Positions 40,656 to 52,727 of a stretch of 64,000 nt of DNA are shown in pieces (within the stretch, counting starts at the first letter, position 1; each line of letters opens with the position of its first letter). Made by a program: the position numbers and the translations under genes. The notes beneath the pieces are model-generated. The model made no database searches. It was not told the origin of the DNA and saw only the letters and a program-made list of their open reading frames with translations. The stretch comes from Phaeosaccion multiseriatum (Eukaryota > Protista > Ochrophyta, other classes). The stretch covers positions 7,130,001 to 7,194,000 of the forward strand of contig OZ218950.1 in the NCBI GenBank assembly GCA_965112735.1, written 5' to 3'.

Positions 40656-43600
40656 TTACGATAGCGTCACTTTCCTTCCCTTCTTTCTCTTGAGCATACC
40701 TGCCAAGTATTCTCTCTCCAGGTCCGCTTGCGAGTGTAACGGCAAGCCCCTCTCGGCCACGAAGGTCCTGACCCTCTGTACCACGTCCATCACGCTGTCC
40801 GTCTTGGCCAGGCGCCCGGCCATGGGACGGCCTCGGCTGTTCACCTCCAGCGCAGAGAAGATCAGGCTCTTGTCCCAAAACTCGCTTCCTGCAGGGAGGA
40901 GGGGTCGAGGGTGGGGGCGTACGTGCGTGCGTGCGTTGTTGACATACTAGGCAGTCCGAGGACTGAATCGCACACTTCCCTCTTCGCCTCTCTCCATCTG
41001 TCCCTCCTTCCCTCTCCCTCACCTCCCCCTCGCCCCCTCCCCCCTCCCCCTCCCCCTCCTTACCCCCCTCTCTCTCACTCTCCCTCTCCCTCGCTCAGCG
41101 CACCATAGAAAATCATGGGTATCTCCTCTCCTGACTCCGAATAGTGATTGCGGCACGCGGCCTGGAATACTTCCTGTTCGAGACAGGGGACAACATTTCA
41201 GTTTGAGTTTTGATGTGTTAGCGGGGAGGCAGTTTCAGTTTGGATAGGCCTCCCGTGCAGGAGAGGGAAGAGAGCAACATAAAGTAAAGCAAAGGGCCAC
41301 GTCTTGCCTGCCTGGTTCCGGCGGCTCCTGGGAAGTACACGATGCCGGCGTTGCCGATTGCGATCAAGCCGTCTTCTCTTACGGCGTTGGAGAACATCTT
41401 GGCATGCCAGCTTGGAAACAGGGAGGGCGGCTCGTGGCCGTAGAAAAAGCTGGGGGGAGGGGGGCGGAAGGAGGAAGAGATACATAGCGTACGCCATTTG
41501 TTGCATGGGGATGGGTCGTCACTGCGGAGGCAGTCAGGTGTCTGTCAGTCATTTAGTCAGTCGGGCTTGACGCCGTCAGTCAGTCAGTCAGTCAGTCAGT
41601 CAGTCAGTCAGTCAGTCAGTCAGTCAGTCAGTCAGTCAGTCAGTCAGCCAATCAGTTAGTTAGTTAGTTAGTCAGTCAGTCAGTCAGTCAGTCAGTGTCA
41701 GTCAGTCAGTCAGTCAGTCAGTCAGTCGGGCCTAAGGCTTGAAGGGGGGGAGGGAGGGCTGTTTATCAATCGATGGATCTTGCCAAGGAGTGTCGGGAGT
41801 TGAGGAGAGCGTTGCATCCCGTTCAGCTTCAGTTTCAGTTTCAGTTTGCCTGGCCCATCACTCACGTTGGGAAGCCCAAGCTTGCCTGCCATGTGGGGAC
41901 CCCGTACTTTTCGATGACCCTCTGCGGGGTTTCCGTGTCGAGATACTCGTGCTCGGGCCTCTCTCCGCCCTGCAGGGCCATCATTTGCAGGGCGTCCTCA
42001 AGCTCGTCCTCAGAGCGATGGCACATGTACGCCCCCAGGTTGGTCGCTTCCATGCTGCCCGGCCCCCCCCCAGTCGCCACAACCAACCCCGCTTGGGCCA
42101 ACAAGTACCCCAACTTAGCGGCCACCGCATAGTCCTGACACCACGCAGTCGGAGAGAGGAAGTCAGCGAGGCGGCCCTGACTGCAATTGTGAACTACTTC
42201 GTAGTACAACGAGTAGGACTTCCCTCTCCTCCTCTCTCTCGTGTAGACTCATTCTGCCTAGCTAGCTACTCACCGGTGACGCTCTTGATACGGCGTGTCC
42301 CCCCATCACCACGATCACACTCTGTGGAGGGAGGGAGCAAGAGAGGGAGGGAAGGAGGGAGGGAGGGGGGGAGGGAGAGAGAGAGAGAGGGAGGGAGGGA
42401 GGGAGGGAGGGAGAGAGGCAGTCAAGCAGAGAGGGAGGCAGGGAGGACGGAGTGCAGGGATTCCGAGCTTAGACATTAAGAGGCAGGGGCATTCGCACGG
42501 CACTGCCTGCATTAGCTCACGCACGCACCTTCCCTTCGAGATAGTCTGAGCACCAGGGGGGCGGGGTGCCGGGCAGGGAGGGAGGGGGGGGGGGGGAATG
42601 TGCGGGGTGAGAGCGTGAGAGTGAGAGGGACGAACGACGACAACCCCCAGTCACCAGTCACAGAGCGAGTGAGGATAAGCACTTGTTTTCGTTTTTCGAC
42701 TCACCGTACAGGGCGTCTCGAATAGAGAAGTCGTGCATCGATTGCATAATGGTGCTGGGGCAGAGGGGCAGAGAGGGGCGACAAGCAGCACCAGCAGCGG
42801 TGAGTCTCTCTCACAGAGCCTTTCTCTCTCGCTCTCTCCTTCTCCCCCACCCTCTCTCTTTCTTTCTCTCCATCCGTCCCTCCCTCCCTCTCTCCCTCCT
42901 CCCCCCCCCCCTTCTCTGCCCATCCAATGCGGGGGTCCTCTACAATACCAGGCCTACCATTTGATGTCCTTCTCTTCCTTGTACCACTTGTACATGGCCT
43001 TGTCTCGGGCCTGCAGCTCGGGGTTCCTGCGCAGACAAAAACGTCGAGCTCAGCCAGGCACATCAATCTCTTGCTTTCTTTGCTCTCTTATCTTTCTTCT
43101 TTCTCGTCAGTCACCTGTACATGTGAGCGCGGATGGGCAAGAATGGGAGCCCTTCGGAGGGGGCCAGAGGGGGCACGAACACACACACACACACACACAC
43201 GAAAGAGATAGAAGATGGAGGTAAGAGAGAGAGAGAGAGAGAGAGGGCTCTTGGCAGGGGTGACTCGAGAGCACCTGAGCTGCATTGAATGATGTTTCAC
43301 TCACCCCGGGGCTGCATCACCACAGAAGCCCCCGCCTGCTCCAACTCTAGCTTGCTGGTGTAAGAGGGAAGGAGGCATCCCCACAGAGTTGCCTTCGACC
43401 AGTCTAGAAAAGCCCACACCTCTTGTTCCATCTGAGTGACAGCAGCAGCCAGCAGTGAGCGGACGTTACGCGCGAGACTCATCGAGCCAATGAAACGGCA
43501 GAAGGGTCAACCGAGGATACACAACCTTGGAGAGATCGACTTGTTGGAGCACCCATCCTGACAGAGCCTTCTTGCCGGATTGGGGATCCCTCTCGAGCCC

Positions 43601-43844
43601 TCCGACCTGGGGAGAAGCAGAGACATTGGTGCTGCTTGTTATTCTTTCGGGTGCATAGTTAGAGGTATCCCAGTATACCCCCAGCAACAAGCCGGCAGCC
43701 ACCAGCCAGTACCCCAGGGCCCGGAGGGTGGGGGGAGCTCGCCCATCGCGCACACAGAAGTACCTTCTCCTCAAATTCCTCTATCGTTTCGATCTCGTAT
43801 TCTTGATTAGAGCCCTCGAACGTGGTCTTAATGATAGATTCCAT
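40656..43844 (-). CDS. LOG/SLOG-family (lysine-decarboxylase-like Rossmann fold) protein, long bacterial type; multi-exon
   Basis: EYEIETIEEF, SMHDFSIRDAL, VVATGGGPGSMEATNLGAY, SLGFPT|FFYGHEPP...AKMFSNAVREDGL...YFPGAAGTRQ|EVFQ, where the last motif is PGGxGTxxE-like. Confidence 0.85.
41576..41727. repeat. (CAGT)n microsatellite in a LOG intron
   Basis: Visible tract. Confidence 0.95.
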
Positions 43845-43981
43845 TGATCTGGTCTGTTGTGGCTATATATATTATTGATCTGGTCTGGTGTATTTCTCGA
43901 TTGAAAAGCGAGTTTCAAGGTGAAGTTTGCGCGTTGGTTATTCGTTTCCACCTGTGACTCCATTTTTCCCACTTGACTTGT

Positions 43982-45981
43982 CCTGGCAGGGGCGATGCAA
44001 GCCCTCCCCTTCGCCCTCAGGGAGGTGGGACCGCGGAGCAGACAGGCCCTGTCCCAGTGTGGGCAGGGACCCAACGGATACCATATCCGAGTCATCCACA
44101 CAGCAGCACGTGTCTTTGACCAACTCCCCAGCGCGCCCAAGGCAGACGCAGCCCAAGGTGCTCTCAGTCAACAGGAGCGCTTCCTCAAGTCCCTTCCGCG
44201 AGGATGGGCTGTGTTGCTCGCCCACGGCCACATCAGCAGACCGGAGGCCCTTCTCCTCCCCAAGGGGGGAGGCTTGCTGCCAGGGGCGCTCGGGCCCACA
44301 TACTGTGACCTCCCCCCATGGGCAATCACAGCATCCCTGTACAGCGCGGCGCCAATCATCTCCCACCTCAGTGACAACAGATGGAGAGAACCATGGCTGA
44401 TCACCACGCTCTTCCCGGAGAGAGACGACACCCCAGAGCATGAAGGGCACACACCTGTCAGAGGCAGAGGGGACCAGCCGGCTGCGAGTGATGCCCCCGG
44501 GGGGGATGTGATACAATCTGGGGGTGAAGGAGCAGACTTAAGCGAAGGTGATAATGTTGGGGCCGCAGGGATACACCCTGGGGTGGGTGCGGAAGGGCGC
44601 GACGCGGCTGCAGGGCAGCAGGGGACCGCAGATGGACCAACCTCTGATAGCGCGGCAGACCCAGGGGGGGGGAGTGATGAAGACCCACAGGGTGAAAGTG
44701 ACGAAGACCCAGATGGTGGCAGTGACGCAGCCCCTGAGGATGAGCATGACGTGGAACCAGGCGGTGGTGATGACGATGATGAGGACGGCCGGCCACGCTG
44801 GCGGTCAGAGGAGACCAAGATGTTGGACGAGGGAGGACCCTCCATTCCACACAGCCGACACGGAGAGCGGCGAGGCGCCCAGAAGCGTTACACCAAGCTC
44901 CTCACGTCGAAGGCGAGGGCGGACTTCTTGGATCGATTAAAAGCCATCCCACAGCAGGTCCAACGGGAGAAGTACCTGGCCAGAGCCCTCAGCCACAGCG
45001 TGAAAGGTGCTGGTGCGTGGCTCCACCTTCAGCCGACCAGGACGGCAGGGGGAGCACCACTCCACCTCACCGACGCCGAGCACAAGAGTGCCATTCGGCG
45101 AAGACTTGGCTTTGACCCCACCTACAGCAAGGACTGTCATAAGTGCCCTAGCAAGGCGCTGACGGAGGGGCACATCATCACCTGCACGAAGACGGGGCTC
45201 AGCACACCCCAACACGACGCTGTGCAGAAGGCACTTGTCGCCCTGCTGAAGAGCGAGGGCCTGGGCAGAGGGATAGTCCAGAACACCAGCTTCCCCTTCT
45301 TCATGAGGGCAAGAACGGTCACCCCGCGACGAGGGAGAGGGGGGAGCAACGCCGTGAGAGGTGACGCCCACGTGGCCAAGCAGATGGAGATGGACATCGT
45401 GACTCCCCCCAGGATGTTTGAGCTTCCATCCGATCATGAATATGGGGACGGCCACAAGTCCCTCATGATCGACGTCACGCTCACGGATGCCACCAACATT
45501 ACCAATCGGGCCAAGGCATCGAAGGAGGCACTCGCTGCAGCCAAGAAGGCTGAAGCAACCAAGCGCACCAGGTATGGTGTGCCACATGGAGGCATGGAGG
45601 GCCAGGGTGGAGACATCCACTATGACCCCACGAGGTATCATCTCGTCCCTTTTGGGATGGAGCAGCAAGGTGCATTTGGCCCGTCAGCACAGATGTTTAT
45701 CAAAACACTCGCCACCCACATGGCTGGGGGGCACGAACATCTTGACACGAGGGCTTACGCGAGAGCTGTTTGCGTCATTCGGCGACGATTAGCCGTAGCG
45801 CTCCAGAGGGCCCGACACGAACGATCGGTTCGACACAGGATCCTGGCTGGTATCAACTTTGTTCCAATGGGGAGAACTGATGAGTCAGAGGGACACGACC
45901 TCGAGGGCTAAGTTCCCCGGGGCGGTGAGACATTACTTTTAGACAACCATAGATGGCACTTAAGGGTGTAATATATATTAT
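43982..45981 (+). mobile_element. 5'-truncated CRE-type non-LTR retrotransposon with 11-bp TSD
   Basis: ACTTGACTTGT at 43971-43981 and 45982-45992; AT-rich 3' tail; encodes the post-RT region plus endonuclease; three related fragments occur in the window. Confidence 0.85.
43995..45911 (+). CDS. Retrotransposon ORF remnant: post-RT region, CCHC knuckle and restriction-like endonuclease; no RT core
   Basis: LLLPKGGGL, AGAWLHLQP...AIRRRLG, CHKC-x8-H-x3-C, QHDAV, MDIV...IDVT, AEATKRTRY, PFGMEQQGAFG. No YxDD motif. Confidence 0.8.
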   Translation: MQALPFALREVGPRSRQALSQCGQGPNGYHIRVIHTAARVFDQLPSAPKADAAQGALSQQERFLKSLPRGWAVLLAHGHISRPEALLLPKGGGLLPGALGPTYCDLPPWAITASLYSAAPIISHLSDNRWREPWLITTLFPERDDTPEHEGHTPVRGRGDQPAASDAPGGDVIQSGGEGADLSEGDNVGAAGIHPGVGAEGRDAAAGQQGTADGPTSDSAADPGGGSDEDPQGESDEDPDGGSDAAPEDEHDVEPGGGDDDDEDGRPRWRSEETKMLDEGGPSIPHSRHGERRGAQKRYTKLLTSKARADFLDRLKAIPQQVQREKYLARALSHSVKGAGAWLHLQPTRTAGGAPLHLTDAEHKSAIRRRLGFDPTYSKDCHKCPSKALTEGHIITCTKTGLSTPQHDAVQKALVALLKSEGLGRGIVQNTSFPFFMRARTVTPRRGRGGSNAVRGDAHVAKQMEMDIVTPPRMFELPSDHEYGDGHKSLMIDVTLTDATNITNRAKASKEALAAAKKAEATKRTRYGVPHGGMEGQGGDIHYDPTRYHLVPFGMEQQGAFGPSAQMFIKTLATHMAGGHEHLDTRAYARAVCVIRRRLAVALQRARHERSVRHRILAGINFVPMGRTDESEGHDLEG

Positions 45982-46107
45982 ACTTGACTTGTTGAGCTTG
46001 TTCAGGGAGCTGCACGCCCACCACGATAGACTGCTGCTGCTGCTGAGTAGCGGCAGCAACAGGCAAAAACTACCTCCGGAGGCTTCCTTCGGAGAGATGT
46101 TCCTCAA

Positions 46108-47384
46108 ATGATTGAAGGGAAGAACTCGCGTGCTCACATCATGGTTCCCATTATAAGTCTGAAATGCCTGCTGGAGGAACCGGTTGAGGCCGAATCGGAA
46201 AATGGGATCGGAGCAGGAGTGGCGGAGAAAGCCAGAGAATGGGACGAGATCATGACAGAAGTGGGTTTTGTAGTGGTGGTAGACCATGGTGTGCAGCAGG
46301 AGGTGATGGACTGCATGTTCAGGGCCAGCAAAGGTAGGCGAGGCGCTTGGCTTTCCATCCCAATTCTGCGTCCCTCCTCCTTGACTTGGCTGACAGTGTC
46401 CGTCCTCGTGTCCACTCTGCCGCCCTGATGCGTGTGTGCCTCCACTCAGAGTTCTTCAAGAGGCCTCCTGAAGAGAAGGTACGGGCAAACTACTCCTGTC
46501 CTTGTGTGTGTTTGTGTGTGTGTGCGTGTGCCCAGGACGGCTCTCACCTCTCCCCCTTCGTGTCTCTTGCCTCTGTCTGGTGTTCCTCCCTCTCTCTGTT
46601 CTACCTTCAGGCCCAATTTAACTATGGGCCCTACGGCAACGCCAGGGGGGGCTTCACGGCTCAGGGAGTCGAGGCGGTGGCGAGGTCCAACGGAGGAGAC
46701 TCAAAAGATGCCCCACCCGACCTGGTGGAGAGCTACGTGTTACGCTCTAGCTGCTTGATGAAGCAGACTGGGGAGGGCTCAGAGGACGACGGCCACCCTG
46801 ACCACCCGGCAGAGCTGTTTCGCGCCGCCAGGGAGTACGCGGCTCAGCTCGAGCGCCTCTTGCAGCGGATACACCATCTCAGCGCCAGGGGTTTGGGCCT
46901 CGCGGATGTGACCTTCTTCGACGACTTCTACGGCCCAGGCCCAGGCAATGCCAATATACTGAGGCTGGCCTACTACCCAGCTGTGGCCGAGGTCCTGCCG
47001 CGGCAGCAGAGGTACGGGGCCCACACAGACTACCAGGGTTTGACCCTCCTGGCGTTGGAGGACGAGGACCAGTGCCTTGAGGTGTGGCTCCAGGAGCGGT
47101 GGCAGAGGGTCGAGTGTCCTCGGGGAGGCATCGTCGTCAACGTTGGGCAGCTCTTCACCACCTGGACGAAGGGAAAGTGGCCCTCCACGCTGCACCGAGT
47201 GGTGCCCGCCAGTCCAGGGGTCGAACGCTTCTCGCTCCCCTTCTTCACCGGCCCTTCATTCGGCGCCACCATCTTCCCCATTGGGAGCGACGCTTCTGAC
47301 CCGAGCAATGGCGTCAACACTGAAGAGCACCTCATGGCCCAGCTCAGAGCCACCAATACGAAGAGCGAAGAGCTGACGAGCTGA
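46108..47384 (+). CDS. 2OG-Fe(II) dioxygenase (IPNS/DIOX_N type); 3 exons
   Basis: VPIISL...VGFVVVVDHGV, EFFKRPPEEK, LRLAYYP...GAHTDY, VVNVGQ...STLHRV...RFSLPFF (HxD...H...RxS). Confidence 0.92.
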
Positions 47385-48141
47385 CGAGCTGACAGGTGCT
47401 GGCCACTGCGTCAAAGAACGGCGTACAGCGTGGACAGCACACCGGCCAATTTGACGAGAGACTTGCGTGGGGCCGAGCACGTGGACAAGCCGTACTGTAA
47501 GTCAGCCATTTTTGAGGGGGGGTTTGGCGGTTTTTTGCGATGGCGGGAAGGAGAGAGGGTCAGAGGGAGTGCGAGAGAGACAACAAAGCAGAGACATGAT
47601 GAGGCGAGCGAGTAGCACGTAGGCAAGACAGAACGCAGGCATGACTGTAAATAATTGACTTGTATATATATACATACTCACCCACAGGACGAGTACTACT
47701 ATGATGGTCTTCGCCTTGTCCTGTACAGCAGAACCCGCCTGGCTGCTTGGCCGTGGACCGTGATGACCGATGGTACCGTGGTTGGTGGTTGGTCCGCTGA
47801 TCCCCCGGCCAGCAAAGAGAGCCCCAGCTGATGATGAAGGAGGGAAGGAGGAGGGGGTGGAGGATTTAGCCCCAGCGGGAAGCAGCGACGTGCCTGAGGA
47901 GGTGTTGGTTGTTTAGTGTGTGAGGATATGAGAATGTGGACTGTGAATTTCAGTTCTTGGGCCTCTCCACCCGTTTACAACAATTTCTATCCAAGTGCCA
48001 AACAATTGCCTCCAGCATTTGCCCACAGCGAGGCTGACCCGGAAAGAGCGGTAGAACAGAGAGGAGAGGTAGTAGCGAGGGACACAGGCTGGGCGGCGGC
48101 CCTCGCTTCCTCCAGGCAGCGGTGCACTCCTGCTGGTGGCG

Positions 48142-51028
48142 ATGAGTGACTACAAGGATATTTTGCCCGAGGATGTCCTCACCTTCTCCAAGCCGACCGA
48201 CTGTGAGTGGACGCTGATGTACATTCTTTGTGGGGCTCCTGTAGGGGCTGGGTGGGCAGCGCTGCGGGGGTCGGGCCGCTCTGCCGGGCCACGCTCTTTG
48301 CTGGCCCACGGAAGTCCTCGTCCGTTTCAATGAAGAGAAGGAGGTTGGGCGTTGCAAGGGGGGTGAGGAGTGCTGCTGATTGACAAAGTCAAGCTGTACG
48401 ACTGACGGGTAGAGTCAGGTTTTGCTGCTGCTTGTGTGCTGGTGATGAAAGGACGACTGACTGACTACATGCCTCAATTAGAGAACATGTACACAGAAGC
48501 AATAGGGAACAAGGAGAGAGATATGTGCGGAGGCAGCAGGAAGAGGAGCACCCTACAGTAGTCAAGGTGCAACGAGATCCGACGCTGACCCTCTGTCCCC
48601 AACCCGACCGTCTGCCCCCTCTGCTGCTGCCGTTCCTCTCCGCAGCGTTTTTGTGTCCTCTATCGGCCAACCAACACGCCATCGAGTTTCTGGAGTTTAC
48701 CATCAGCGACTATGACACCAAGAACGTCCTCTTCAATGTAAGAGCGCATAGAACGCAACGTAGGGTTGCATGTTGCGTGTTGTAATGGCACAATGGGCCT
48801 ACCTGTTCGCAGAGAGGAGGCAACAGCTCCTCTCCTGCCCCTGCCCCTGCCTCTACTGCCGCGCCTCCCTCGCAAGCGGCAAAGTCTCTCTCGGGTGCTT
48901 TGGGAGCTGTCAGGCAGGCCTACGTGTGTGCGTGCGTGCATGCATGCGTGCATGCCCTCCCTCGCCTTGCCGCTCCGCCGCTCTGACCTGTCTGTAGCAT
49001 TGCCTGTAACAAGGCCACTGACCGTGCCTCTCTCGTCCGCTCCTTCCCTTCGCGCCCCTCCCCCTCATCTCAGGTGGGGCGGGACAACCCCCCACCGATG
49101 GACCTGGACCTGGACCTTGCCAACTTAGACGAGAACTCGTACCGGTGAGTGAGTGAGGCAGGGGCAAGGCCGTGTCGTGGTGAGGGTGCTGTGCGCCTCT
49201 AGGGCCGTGTATCTGCTGCGGATGCTTGCCTTCCTGTGCTGCTGCGGTTGGGTCTCTACCGTGCCGCTGTTGTCCACTCTGCTGCTGCTTCTGCCCTACT
49301 CTGCTGCTTCCAGCGCGCTGCTTGGTCCCAACATGTTCCACCTGTGAGCCTTGCGTGCATGTCACAACGACTACTCCTTGTGCCTTGCGTGTGCGTGAAC
49401 AATCCTCGTGCACGCAGGTCTATCAAGTACGCCTTCAGTGAAGACGTGCTACGGCTACCGGCCATCCAGACCACGCTGGTGTTCTCGGTTGGGGAGCGGG
49501 AGGTACCTAACTTCCGCATGATCGAGCGGCACTACTTCAAGGACCAGCTCGTCAAGAGCTACGACTTCCAATTCGGTGCGTGTGTGCGTGCGTGCGTGCG
49601 TGTGTGCGTAGGGGGCGTGTTCGCTGTGCCTGCTCTATGCTCTGTGCTCTTGCCTAGGGTAGGGCCTGTCGTCGATGTGCGTGGCCTCTACCGTCCAAGG
49701 AGGGCTCCTCTACCTCTCGGCGCTTCGCTTTGCCTCTCTTGTCCCTCTCTGACTCGATCATGCCCGCGTCCACTCCCCCCCCCCCCTTGCTGGCCTGCGT
49801 GCGCCCTGTGCTTTGTGCTTTGTACCTGGTGTCAGGCTTCTGCATCCCCAACAGCACCAACACGTGGGATGCCGTCTATGCTGTGCCGCCCCTGGACGAG
49901 CAGCTCGGTGAGCAAGTGGCAGCGGTTGGGCCTCGAGTATTGGGTGTCCACACGCAGGAGGGCGAGAGGGCACCCGGAGGGACATGCTCACACCCGCCGA
50001 AGCACCAACACCGCAGCTGTGTGCCATTTGTGCCTCTCCCTGGTGCTTAACCCTCCTTGTCCTCTCTCCGAACCCCTCTCAATCGAGTCCCCCATCCACT
50101 GCCTTCCCTGTCCCCCTCCCGTTCCGCCCCCCTTCCTCCCTCCCTCCCTCCCCCTCCCTCCCCCTCCCTCCCTCCTTTCTGCGCAAAAGTGAGTGATATG
50201 ATAGCGAACCCCTACGACACTCGGTCAGACAGCTTCTACTTCCTGGAGGGGCAACTCATGATGCACAACAAAGCAAGCTACAGCTACTTCAGAGAGGACG
50301 CGGCGCAGGCAAAGAAGAGCTACGAGCAAAGGTGAGTCGAGTTAGGCGGGGGATATTGGGTGGATTTGGGTGCATCTATCTACCTCTATTTTTGTATGGG
50401 CAGAGCTTCGGAGTCTAAATCTGGACGCTCCCTCCCCACCCTCTGATGGACCTTGACCCCTGACTGGATGGCACTGAATGGCAGGTACGGGGCGAAGGGC
50501 TCCAAGCGCGGCCCAGCCACAGGCAGCAAGTACGACTCCGACGACGAGGGGGACGATGGCAGCGGACGGCAGGGGGGAGACGCCAAGGCCGAGGGCAAGA
50601 CACAGGAGGGGCAGGGAGAGGGCAAGTACGGGGACGGAGACGACCCCGACGCTTGGTCCAAGGATGAGGTGAGAGGGGGAGAGGAGGAGGAAGGGGAGAG
50701 GGAGAGGCAGAGACACCGACGTGCACAACAGGCAGGCGCCACACACGCACCTGCACATCCACATCCACTAACACACACTCACATGTACCCACAGTGGTGC
50801 CTCCAGTGCCTCCAGGCCGAAGGGAAAGGGAAGTGGGTCTGTCTGTACCCACTTGCTGCTCGAGCACACCCCCCGGGGCACACCTCCTGGGGCACACCCC
50901 CTGGGGCACACCCCCGGGGGACGGGCCCTTCCTCCTCACCCGCACACTCATTCGTCCCTCGCATCTGGCCCTGTTTGGGTATCGTGCTCCTCCCTCCCCC
51001 TCCCATGCACGCACAGGACTACTACTGA
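48142..51028 (+). CDS. UNC119: UNC119 homolog (lipidated-cargo carrier, PDE-delta family); 8 exons
   Basis: PEDVL...[42 protein letters not shown]|[27 protein letters not shown]...MHNKASYSY. Confidence 0.95.
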
Positions 51029-51054
51029 ATGTATCTCTGAGCCCCTGCGGCTCT

Positions 51055-51377
51055 CTCGCTTCGTCCCACTATAGTAGCATAGAGGGGGGAGGGGAGGGAG
51101 GGGAGGGGAGGGGAGGGGAGGAGCCGCTCACCTTCAAGGAGGAAGGAGGTGTGTGCTCTGAGCGGGGTGGGCATGCGGACGAACGGGTATACGCGGCATA
51201 TATGGGCCTATGGGCCGGCTCGAGCCCGAGGAGCGACACACAGCCTTGGAGGCCAGCGTGGAGAGTCGATCGCCAGCTGCAGTAGAGCAGTGAACAACCA
51301 ACGCCCTTAGCAGCAGAGCAGAGCCGCACGTATCGCCTTGGTGGAGCATAGAAGGGCAGCAGCCGTTAGTGAGCCCC

Positions 51378-51409
<32 letters not shown>

Positions 51410-52298
51410 TGGTGATACAGCAGCCGCAGTGGTGGCAACAGCAGAGTGTACAGTACACGGCAGCCACTTGCTCCACTGGGGCGGACAAAGGATGAGCGTT
51501 GTGGGTGGGGAGGAGGAGGGAGGAAACATAGAGAGGGTTTCAGGACAAAGAGAGGGGGTGAGGAGACTTTTGTTTTTTAAATTGTCCCAGGGGGGTGGGC
51601 AGTAGCACACAAGTGGCCCGACTTGGGTCTTGGAAGGCTACCCATGTGCCCGTATATAAAGAGGGCAGAGCTCCTTTCCCGTGTCTGCGTGAAAGCGCGT
51701 GGTGTGTGTTAAGCTCACCAAAGAATGACAAGCACCGACCCGCCTCCTCCCTCTCTCACTATTCAACGTAAGGCCCGAGCCCCGCTGCTCCAGTGCGTGC
51801 CTACCCCTCGCCTCCCCCCCCCCCCTCCTTCTCCTCCTCCTCCTGGACAGGGGAGCGCCCCTCCTCCTCCTCCTCCTCCTCCTCCTCCTTGGAGTCTGCA
51901 GCCGAGGCGAAGAGGGCCTGCAGCACAGGGGTCACAGCTGACAGCGACGCGCAGGGCGGGAGAGGACCACTCCTGGCCTTCGAGACACTGCTGCTCGCGT
52001 CCTTGTCCTTGCTGCTGCCGTCGCTCCAGGCAGCCCCCGTACTACCTCTCTCCGCTGGCGCTGAATCACCAACTGCTTGGGATGCCTGCCGCGCCCCGTC
52101 GAACGCTACACCCACCTCCAGCGGACACGCTCCCCCCTTGCTTGGGCCCCCTTCCCCTCCTGTACACCCAAGCTCACCCCCCGCCCCCCCGGCCTGCTCC
52201 TGCCCCAGCACGGGTACCTTTGGATACCTTTGGCTGAAGTGCGTGAGGATGACGCGCTTCACAGCCATCTGTGACGCCACCCTCAGGGCCTCCCCTAC
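51055..52298. repeat. Segment A, duplicate of 60112-61380 (RNase Z 3' end plus 3' flank)
   Basis: Near-identical from CTCGCTTCGTCCCACTATAG to CTCAGGGCCTCCCC, with a 30-bp deletion near 52090. Confidence 0.95.
51801..52298 (-). pseudogene. Orphan RNase Z C-terminal fragment
   Basis: VGEALRVASQM...ILTHFSQRYPKVP without the upstream HxHxDH core; in-frame 10-codon deletion. Confidence 0.88.
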
Positions 52299-52317
52299 TA
52301 TGGGGAGGACTGACTGA

Positions 52318-52699
52318 TCGGCCGCAGATACGCCAAGCGGCCTGGGCCTATTCTGGACAACTGTCCGGCCTAGACGGTGGCATTGCCCAGAGTGCAAAGA
52401 GCCACTATGGCGCCCATAAGCCAATGAATGGGATTGAAAGCGAGAGCTTCCGTTGTCTCTTTCCGCCTCGCCTGCCCTGCGAGAAGTGCATGCCCAGGCC
52501 TACAGGTGTGCTGCTGCCACTGGCTAGGCGGCCCCACGCACGCGCCCGCGGTCACGGGGAGGCTGCCTAGAGGCTGCCTAGAGGCGGGCTAGAGGCGGGC
52601 CAGAGGCCGTCTAGGATTGAAAATGAGGGGCCTAGGGTGGCCGAACGCCGAGCGGCCTGGCAGCCCAGAGCCAAGGCCACTAGGCGTGTTTGGGGCCGA
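52318..52699. mobile_element. 382-bp TIR element (TCGG...CCGA) 3' of RGS copy 2
   Basis: Imperfect ~30-bp TIR: TCGGCCGCAGATACGCCAAGCGGCCTGGGC versus reverse-complemented right end TCGGCCCCAAACACGCCTAGTGGCCTTGGC. Only CTGA is shared by the flanks. Confidence 0.7.
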
Positions 52700-52727
52700 C
52701 TGACGCATCCGGAGGGATACCATACAA

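Noticed and set aside
52289-52317. Junction hairpin as a Helitron 3' end
   Set aside because: No CTRR terminus at the expected spacing, no matching 5' TC end identified and no Rep/helicase; one arm is native RNase Z sequence.
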